Shown here piece after piece: positions 24,500-29,914 of a stretch of 29,914 bases of DNA. The DNA is taken from positions 1 to 29,914 of the IMG/VR virus record IMGVR_UViG_3300045988_063342; one strand, 5' to 3'. The DNA comes from a virus. The notes under the pieces are model-generated. The model did not search any database. It was not told where the DNA came from and saw nothing but the letters and a program-made list of their open reading frames with translations. Position numbers and translations under genes: made by a program. The stretch's first letter is position 1, and each line of letters starts with the position of its first letter.

Positions 24500-24853
24500 T
24501 TAGAAATACGTTTTACCGAACACGAAACGCATAATCTGACGCATGACCGCCTGATATGCTAGCGGGTATTTCTGTTCCGCTTCCTCAGCCCACGTTTTAA
24601 ACTCGTCGGTCGGGGAGACGAGTGGAATAAGCAGATTACACAAGTCGGTTTGAATCTTCAAAAGTTGCTTACTGCTCATGTCCTGAGAGTTCAACGCCTG
24701 AAGGGTTTTCACCTTGTCCATGAACTTCAGATACGTGCCCGCGCCCATAGGGTTCACAGTGAACACGGTGCCTTCTGGATTCGCGGAGGTAATCAGTTTG
24801 AAGGTGTGTTCCTCGGTCTGCTCGCGAGTATCGATAGTGACGATTTCAGACAT
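24500..24853 (-). CDS. Tail assembly chaperone, first ORF
   Basis: Called by position. AAGGAG RBS. Confidence 0.55.
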   Translation of the reverse strand: MSEIVTIDTREQTEEHTFKLITSANPEGTVFTVNPMGAGTYLKFMDKVKTLQALNSQDMSSKQLLKIQTDLCNLLIPLVSPTDEFKTWAEEAEQKYPLAYQAVMRQIMRFVFGKTYF

Positions 24854-24881
24854 GGTTTAGTCTCCTTACTCCTGAACGGTG

Positions 24882-25433
24882 TCAGCCGTTCACCACGTCA
24901 ACATACTTCTGCTGTTCCGGGTCATACTTGGTGCGCTTAGACGGGTCGGAGCAACCGAAGTTCACATAACCCTTCTCATCCGGAAGCATGGTAACGTTAA
25001 GCTCGATAGTCACCGGGTCACTCGTGCTACCGATGGTGAACTCGCCACCATTCTGAATCAGGGCGGCGGGGATGTACACGTCGTTCGTACTATCCGCGTC
25101 ACAAGTGTTGTGAATTACGATAGGCTCGCTAGTGATGGCCGTGCATTCTCCAGCACCGAACGTGACCTTGGTGCCTGCCGTGCCCTTGGTAGCCAAGCTT
25201 GGGAAGATGCGGCCAAGCACTGCCATGTTCGGAATGATGAGTGGGATAGTTGCGCTGATTTCGCTATAGGTGCCGGTGGGGACGCTAATGGTTCCGGCTT
25301 GAGATTCCACGTCCACCGTGTTCGGGGTGAGGGTGATGGTGATGCCATCGGAGCCGACCAACTCGGGGGCGAATTCTTCCTGGCCGATGTATACGGTTTT
25401 CTTGCCGATTAGGCTGTAGTCTGTGGTGGCCAT
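24882..25433 (-). CDS. Major tail protein
   Basis: 183 aa, AAGGAG RBS, directly upstream of the chaperone pair. No sheath gene is present. Confidence 0.65.
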   Translation of the reverse strand: MATTDYSLIGKKTVYIGQEEFAPELVGSDGITITLTPNTVDVESQAGTISVPTGTYSEISATIPLIIPNMAVLGRIFPSLATKGTAGTKVTFGAGECTAITSEPIVIHNTCDADSTNDVYIPAALIQNGGEFTIGSTSDPVTIELNVTMLPDEKGYVNFGCSDPSKRTKYDPEQQKYVDVVNG

Positions 25434-25479
25434 ATTGTGTTACTCCTTATTGAGAATGATTATCATTTTTCCTTGGTTT

Positions 25480-25920
25480 CTAGTTTATCACTTTTACCCC
25501 GTTTAAGTCTGGTAGTGGATAGGTTATGGTGAAGTGGACGCTTTTCACGTAGTGGCCTTCGCTGTCTACCGCGTCTAGGTCTATACTGCTTGCGGGGCTT
25601 ATGGTGAGCTTGTTGTAGACTATTGGGCTTTCGGGTTGACAGCTTAGCGTGCATTGGTCTACGAGTGTGGTGTTGATGTATTCCATGAGTTTTAGAAGGT
25701 ATTCACCTTGGTGGATTACATCGTAGAAGCGGGTGCTTATGGTGAGTTGGTCAGTGTAATGGCCGTTGCCGTTGCTCACGGTGGTTGAGGTTATCCATAT
25801 GCCATCTTTGCTACTTACTGCTCCCGTATCGAGGATAGGCGACTCGTTTACAAATATGGTTTCCCCATAGGTTCCGAAGCCGTGTTCCGCTAGGTCTAAT
25901 GCTACTGCCAGTTCAATCAT
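25480..25920 (-). CDS. Tail terminator / tail completion protein candidate
   Basis: Called by synteny. ATGA coupling. Confidence 0.45.
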   Translation of the reverse strand: MIELAVALDLAEHGFGTYGETIFVNESPILDTGAVSSKDGIWITSTTVSNGNGHYTDQLTISTRFYDVIHQGEYLLKLMEYINTTLVDQCTLSCQPESPIVYNKLTISPASSIDLDAVDSEGHYVKSVHFTITYPLPDLNGVKVIN

Positions 25921-26261
25921 TTGAGTATCCTTTGGAAATAGTTGTCCGCGTGTGCTTGGGCTTTGGCTACTGCCCGATGCAGGTAGAGTCTTGTGCCTGG
26001 GTGTCGATGGTTTTCGTATTCTCGGCGTTTGGCGTATGGGACTCTGCCGCCACCGAAGGAGACATAGCCTTTCATGCCTTGGAGTTTGAAACGCCCTGAA
26101 GCTTTCAATAATCCGGGGTGTTTGTCTTCGGGTGCTTTACCGATTGGCGCGTTGGCTACTGCATCCTTGTGGATATCGGTGAGCATGTGGGCTAACCCGG
26201 TACGCATGGCTTGACGGCCTTGCTCATACACGCCTTTATTGATTGTGACGTGTAGGCTCAT
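25917..26261 (-). CDS. HK97 gp10-like head-tail joining protein
   Basis: DIHKDAVANAPIGK...GLLKASGRF...VPYAKRREYENH resembles the gp10 family pattern. ATGA coupling. Confidence 0.5.
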   Translation of the reverse strand: MSLHVTINKGVYEQGRQAMRTGLAHMLTDIHKDAVANAPIGKAPEDKHPGLLKASGRFKLQGMKGYVSFGGGRVPYAKRREYENHRHPGTRLYLHRAVAKAQAHADNYFQRILK

Positions 26262-26623
26262 AGTGTGCTCCTCCCGTATGGTTGAGCGTAGACTGTGAGG
26301 AACCGTGTTTCCCCGGTGGTCATGTCGTCACCTTGGCTTGCTTGAGTGATTTTGAATGCTCTAGCCCTGGTTTTGACTATCAGGTCTAACAGCATGTCGG
26401 GGTCGCGCAGGTTTGCGGGTATGTCTTCGGCTCTTAGGTGGAATCGGCGCGTGGCTATGCGGGTCCCGTAGTCTCCGAATGCGTCGGAGTTGGTTGAACG
26501 TTTGATTATCGCGTGTACGTCCGCTAGCTTCTTGTTGTTTCGTTCACTGCTCGCATACTTCCACAGTTCCACGGTCTCCACCTGCTCGGGGAATAGCTCG
26601 AAGGGGTCACACGTCAAGGCCAT
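26258..26623 (-). CDS. Head closure / adaptor protein candidate (alternative TTG start 26635)
   Basis: Called by synteny. GGGGA lies 5 nt upstream of the ATG at 26623. Confidence 0.45.
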   Translation of the reverse strand: MALTCDPFELFPEQVETVELWKYASSERNNKKLADVHAIIKRSTNSDAFGDYGTRIATRRFHLRAEDIPANLRDPDMLLDLIVKTRARAFKITQASQGDDMTTGETRFLTVYAQPYGRSTL

Positions 26624-27248
26624 CACCGTCCCCAATCCAATACGGCACTACTGGCAGTGTGTTGGGTGTCGCGATACCTCCGACGCCTAACGGCTTCTCG
26701 CAGAGACTCCACATGTTGATAACGGTTAGATATGGTTGGATTGCTTGAGTGAGCGTGTCGGTGGCTGTGTTTCGCTGGTAGGACACGCTAACGTCTTCGA
26801 TGCTCTTGCTGGTGATTATGTCCGTTTCGTCCGCGTGGCGTTGCATCGCACTGACCATACCGGATACCACAGCTTGCAAACTAATTGGGAGAATTTCGAA
26901 ACCGTATGTTCCTTCGACGGTTACTACAGTGCCCGGCTCAAGCTTGGTGTCGAGGGTGAGCGTGTTGCCGTACATTTGTTCGACTTGGCCGGTAGTGTAA
27001 TCCATATCACCCGTGGTCGGGTTGAATGTGAATGCGATTGTGGTATCGTTAACCGTCACTCTGGCAATACTGCTATACCATGCGGTTAAAGCAATTGTTT
27101 GTCCATCTTCACTCACGATGGCTGGGTTGACTCCGGTAGCTTGAGACACCATTGCGCCGCATAAAAGTTTCTGCAATGCGGGCAGGATGGTCGGCAACCA
27201 TTTACGAGCGTTCTCACCGCCAATATTCTCAATCGGGATAAAAGACAT
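26607..27248 (-). CDS. Head-tail connector candidate (213 aa)
   Basis: First gene after the capsid-module terminator. GGAGGA RBS. Confidence 0.45.
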   Translation of the reverse strand: MSFIPIENIGGENARKWLPTILPALQKLLCGAMVSQATGVNPAIVSEDGQTIALTAWYSSIARVTVNDTTIAFTFNPTTGDMDYTTGQVEQMYGNTLTLDTKLEPGTVVTVEGTYGFEILPISLQAVVSGMVSAMQRHADETDIITSKSIEDVSVSYQRNTATDTLTQAIQPYLTVINMWSLCEKPLGVGGIATPNTLPVVPYWIGDGDGLDV

Positions 27249-27257
27249 TTTTCCTCC

Positions 27258-27292
27258 AAAAAAAGAATGGGGACACCCTTAACGAGTGTCCC
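27258..27292 (-). terminator. Intrinsic terminator after the capsid and head-fibre genes
   Basis: On the minus strand: GGGACAC-9 nt loop-GTGTCCC followed by CATTCTTTTTTT. Confidence 0.6.
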
Positions 27293-27362
27293 TACAATCT
27301 TACGACATCAGTCGATACCACCGATTAACGGACTATTAAGCCCAGTGCCGGTGATTGCCCGT

Positions 27363-27866
27363 TTACTGTTCAGCTGTGGTTTTCACGGCGTTCAAAATCT
27401 CGTTAACTTTGTTAATCACGTCGGTAAGCTCGGCTGAGCTGTCAAGCGTGCTAATTGCCGCAAGTGCTGGGATGGCAGGAACCGTAAGGGCCTCGATACC
27501 TCCAGAAAGATGTTGCTTTGACAGTCCTCTGTTATTCTCATACATAAGACTAAGGTTGCCGGAAGAATTTTTGCAGAGTTCCAATGGGGTTGTTGGGATT
27601 ACGTTATCGGGAACGTTGTTTTTGTATCTAAGGTTATCCTCGGTCAGCGTCCCGGCTTTTGCAATCTTACTGTTGGTATCGTCTGAGAGCTTCAGCGGGT
27701 TGTCTGTGGTGCCGGTTCCGGCGAGTGTTGCATCTGTGTGAATCTCAGCCGTTCCTCCTCCGCCGATGTCGATGTGCTTGCCGGTCTCGTCCACGAAACT
27801 TGCCGTGATTGCGGTCTGCGATTCCGGTTTGTCGGTGTCGGTCAGGCGCACGTAAGTGGTTGTCAT
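27363..27866 (-). CDS. Head fibre / capsid decoration protein candidate
   Basis: Directly after the capsid gene. It has Gly/Thr-rich segments and a C-terminal helix (AELTDVINKVNEILNAVK) like head-fibre proteins. Confidence 0.4.
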   Translation of the reverse strand: MTTTYVRLTDTDKPESQTAITASFVDETGKHIDIGGGGTAEIHTDATLAGTGTTDNPLKLSDDTNSKIAKAGTLTEDNLRYKNNVPDNVIPTTPLELCKNSSGNLSLMYENNRGLSKQHLSGGIEALTVPAIPALAAISTLDSSAELTDVINKVNEILNAVKTTAEQ

Positions 27867-27966
27867 GGTTGTTAATCCTTAGTGTGTTGTGTGTTCCATT
27901 ATGAGGTAGGGGGCGGACGTTTGTCCACCCCCCTAGTCTAGTCATGCTCGGAGGATACCGGGCGTG

Positions 27967-29730
27967 TCACTCGGCCTTCGGATTGAGCACGCCAGCACTC
28001 TTGACCTTGGTCAGAGCACCACCGGCGAAAATCTCGCTCAGATACTCCTGCTCGTTGGACTTGAGCGCGAAGTTCGTGAACGCGCTGATGGACGTATCAC
28101 CGACCACACCATACGCCTCCGGGACGATGATAACGGCGCGGGTATTCGCGTCATCCGCGTCAGTCCACCAGTCCGGGGTGATGACCTTATCGACACCGAG
28201 GTAGGCGGCGAGGTTGTCGTTGCCGTAGCCGACGAGCGGGCGGCCGATACCGTCCGCTGCGGTGATGACGTCGACCTTGGTCTCGGGGCTCATGACGAGT
28301 ACCTTGGTGCCGGTGGCGGTAATCTTGGCTGCGAGTCCCACAACGTCGAGGACGAGGTTGGCTCGGTCGCCTTCGGTTGCGGAGAGCACGAAGTTCTTGC
28401 CGGCGAACTCGCTGCTGTTGTCAGTCGCGTCGGTCTGCACGCTGCGGAAGAAGTCCATGTCGGTGTAGCCGCCGAGGATAATCTGGCGGTCGATGGCGTG
28501 CAGAATGTAGTTAGGCATCTCGGCCAGCAGATACTTGACGAGTGCGCCCGGCTTATCGGTGCGTCGAATGTCGCCCTTGTTGAGCACGGCGTACTTGACG
28601 ACGAAGTCTGCGGCGAGCTTGCGTTCGACCAGGTTGAACTTCTGGGTCCTCTTGCTGGTTCCGTAGTTCGCGACCTTGTAGCCGTGTGCGCGGGTGTCAT
28701 CGGTCAGGCCGGCCAGCTGAGCGCCAACAGTGAAGCTGTCCACATCCAGCTTACGGTACAGCGGCCACAGTTCGCTGGCCTTGTTGAGCGCGTCCTCGAT
28801 TTCGGTGATAACGCTGGTCGGGACAAGCTTGGCCACGCTTGCTTCATCGATGCTGGAATTGTCGGAGTAGGCGTGGCGGGCAAGCTCTTCACGCCACGCG
28901 GCCCTGAAACCGCGAACCCCCTGATTGTCGGCCTTCCACAATGCCTGCTCGTAAGCCTTGGTCGCGTCCTCGCTCTTCAGCCATTCGCCCAGCGGGTCAC
29001 TGGTCTTGGCGAGAGACTGACGCGCACCACCCGCGCTGTTGATGATGATATTGGTACGACCATTAGCCACGGTCCCCTCCTTACTATCCTTACTATTTTC
29101 TGCCTCATTGGACTGCACCGGCTCTTCCGGCTCGGTATTGTCAGATTCCTTTTCGGTCAGTCCATTGATAGCGTCCGTGATTTGGTCAATCAGGGATTGC
29201 GCTTCATCCTTGGTGAGATTGTTCTTGAGTTCCATTATTTTCCCTTCGATATTGTTTAGACTGCGGAATACGGCTTTACTGTCGGCACCTCGATAGACCA
29301 CGCTGATTTCGACGAGTTCGGCGTTATGGATTACACCGTGTTCGTCGGGGTCATTGTCGAAATCGATCGTGATACTGAACGAGTTCGTTAGCATTCCTTC
29401 GCTTGCCAACTTTTGCACGTTCTGGCCTTGCTCATTGTCGCTTAGTCGAGCCTGAGCCATTAATCCGTCATCATCAACCCAAAGTCTCTCGACGATGCCG
29501 ACTTGCGCCGTGATGCTCGGCATATGGTCGAGCAGTAGCGGCAAAGTCAGTCGGTCAGAGTCGGTCAGGTCGGTGACGAGCTTGAGTTGGCCGTCATTCA
29601 CGGGGGCTTGCAGTGTTGCAAGGTCTACCGTGTAGCCATTGGTCATGCGCGTACCGGAGTTGGCAAGGAACGTCAACGTGTGGCCGTCACTGCTGACAGT
29701 GTTAGCGTCGCAGGTGAGTGTCTGTTGCAT
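27967..29730 (-). CDS. Fusion of an HK97-type prohead protease, a scaffold-like linker and the major capsid protein (587 aa)
   Basis: The N-terminal ~160 aa show S78-like His (LLLDHMP) and Ser (TNSFSI) contexts. Residues 165-235 form an acidic helical linker. The C-terminal ~350 aa are HK97-fold capsid-like. AAGGAAACAGGA RBS. Confidence 0.7.
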   Translation of the reverse strand: MQQTLTCDANTVSSDGHTLTFLANSGTRMTNGYTVDLATLQAPVNDGQLKLVTDLTDSDRLTLPLLLDHMPSITAQVGIVERLWVDDDGLMAQARLSDNEQGQNVQKLASEGMLTNSFSITIDFDNDPDEHGVIHNAELVEISVVYRGADSKAVFRSLNNIEGKIMELKNNLTKDEAQSLIDQITDAINGLTEKESDNTEPEEPVQSNEAENSKDSKEGTVANGRTNIIINSAGGARQSLAKTSDPLGEWLKSEDATKAYEQALWKADNQGVRGFRAAWREELARHAYSDNSSIDEASVAKLVPTSVITEIEDALNKASELWPLYRKLDVDSFTVGAQLAGLTDDTRAHGYKVANYGTSKRTQKFNLVERKLAADFVVKYAVLNKGDIRRTDKPGALVKYLLAEMPNYILHAIDRQIILGGYTDMDFFRSVQTDATDNSSEFAGKNFVLSATEGDRANLVLDVVGLAAKITATGTKVLVMSPETKVDVITAADGIGRPLVGYGNDNLAAYLGVDKVITPDWWTDADDANTRAVIIVPEAYGVVGDTSISAFTNFALKSNEQEYLSEIFAGGALTKVKSAGVLNPKAE

Positions 29731-29782
29731 TCCTGTTTCCTTACGTTTTGAGCGTCCTTACGGGGCTTATTGCTCTACAATG

Positions 29783-29791
29783 ATTCTAACA
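29783..29791 (-). promoter_or_regulatory. Possible extended -10 (TGTTAGAAT) upstream of the capsid gene
   Basis: The minus strand reads TGTTAGAAT, 53 nt upstream of the ATG at 29730. No -35 is recognisable. Confidence 0.25.
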
Positions 29792-29794
29792 CTA

Positions 29795-29914
29795 TTAATG
29801 GGAATCATTCTCATTAAGGTGGCCCAATGAACTGACTATGATTTTTTCCCGGTCGCTGAGCGGCCATATGGTCACGTCCTCTGCGGCCTTCAGTTCCGCG
29901 GCCTTCAGTTCCGC
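29795..29914 (-). CDS. C-terminal end of the junction-spanning N6-adenine methyltransferase (same gene as 1..739)
   Basis: The reading frame continues from base 1 (= 29860) as ...IWPLSDREKIIVSSLGHLNENDSH and ends at TAA (29797..29795). Confidence 0.7.
   Translation of the reverse strand, partial: AELKAAELKAAEDVTIWPLSDREKIIVSSLGHLNENDSH
29860..29914. repeat. 55-bp terminal overlap identical to 1..55 (circular closure)
   Basis: Direct comparison of both ends gives an exact 55/55 match. Confidence 0.95.

Noticed and set aside
24486-24520. An expected programmed -1 frameshift joining the two tail assembly chaperone ORFs
   Set aside because: The second ORF is in the +1 frame, not the -1 frame, relative to the first. 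Its frame is closed by a TAG two codons upstream of its ATG, so there is no overlap window or slippery site. They appear to be two independent genes, though a non-canonical mechanism cannot be excluded without data.
27964-29259. A 431-aa plus-strand ORF
   Set aside because: It is antisense to the protease-capsid gene and has a Gly/Val/Asp/Ala-rich composition typical of the complementary frame of a GC-rich third-position gene. There are no expression signals.

Overview
The window is one complete, circularly closed siphovirus-like dsDNA phage genome. Bases 1..55 are identical to 29860..29914, so the unit length is 29,859 bp, and one gene, an N6-adenine methyltransferase, runs across the junction. 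The genome has two transcription blocks that diverge at about 7355/7609 and converge on a hairpin terminator at 16048..16079. The minus-strand block reads 7355 down to 1, wraps, then 29859 down to 16134. It holds a small HTH protein, SSB, RusA, TerS, three tRNAs, TerL, a portal-MuF fusion, a Com-like zinc finger with the methyltransferase, a prohead protease-scaffold-major capsid fusion, head completion genes, major tail protein, two chaperones, tape measure, Dit, Tal, a receptor-binding candidate and a lysis cassette (holin-like, signal-peptide GH25/CW_7/LysM endolysin, holin). The plus-strand block (7609..16038) holds early genes: an HTH replication initiator, a C5-cytosine methyltransferase, a DUF3310 protein, an ERF annealase, a YqaJ-type exonuclease, an XRE-type HTH protein, an HNH endonuclease and many small unknowns. 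I found no integrase, repressor pair, polymerase, helicase or CRISPR array. The most unusual feature is a modular regulatory cassette repeated 4-5 times in the early block: a roughly 60-bp promoter-like element, a short ORF, a GC hairpin without a U-tract, then a conserved RBS. Other notable points are an iteron/palindrome array between two apparently leaderless divergent promoters, a Mu Com-like zinc finger translationally coupled to a methyltransferase inside the head module, two structural gene fusions, and a tRNA with an aberrant anticodon arm. All functional calls come from motif recognition by eye. No database search was run.
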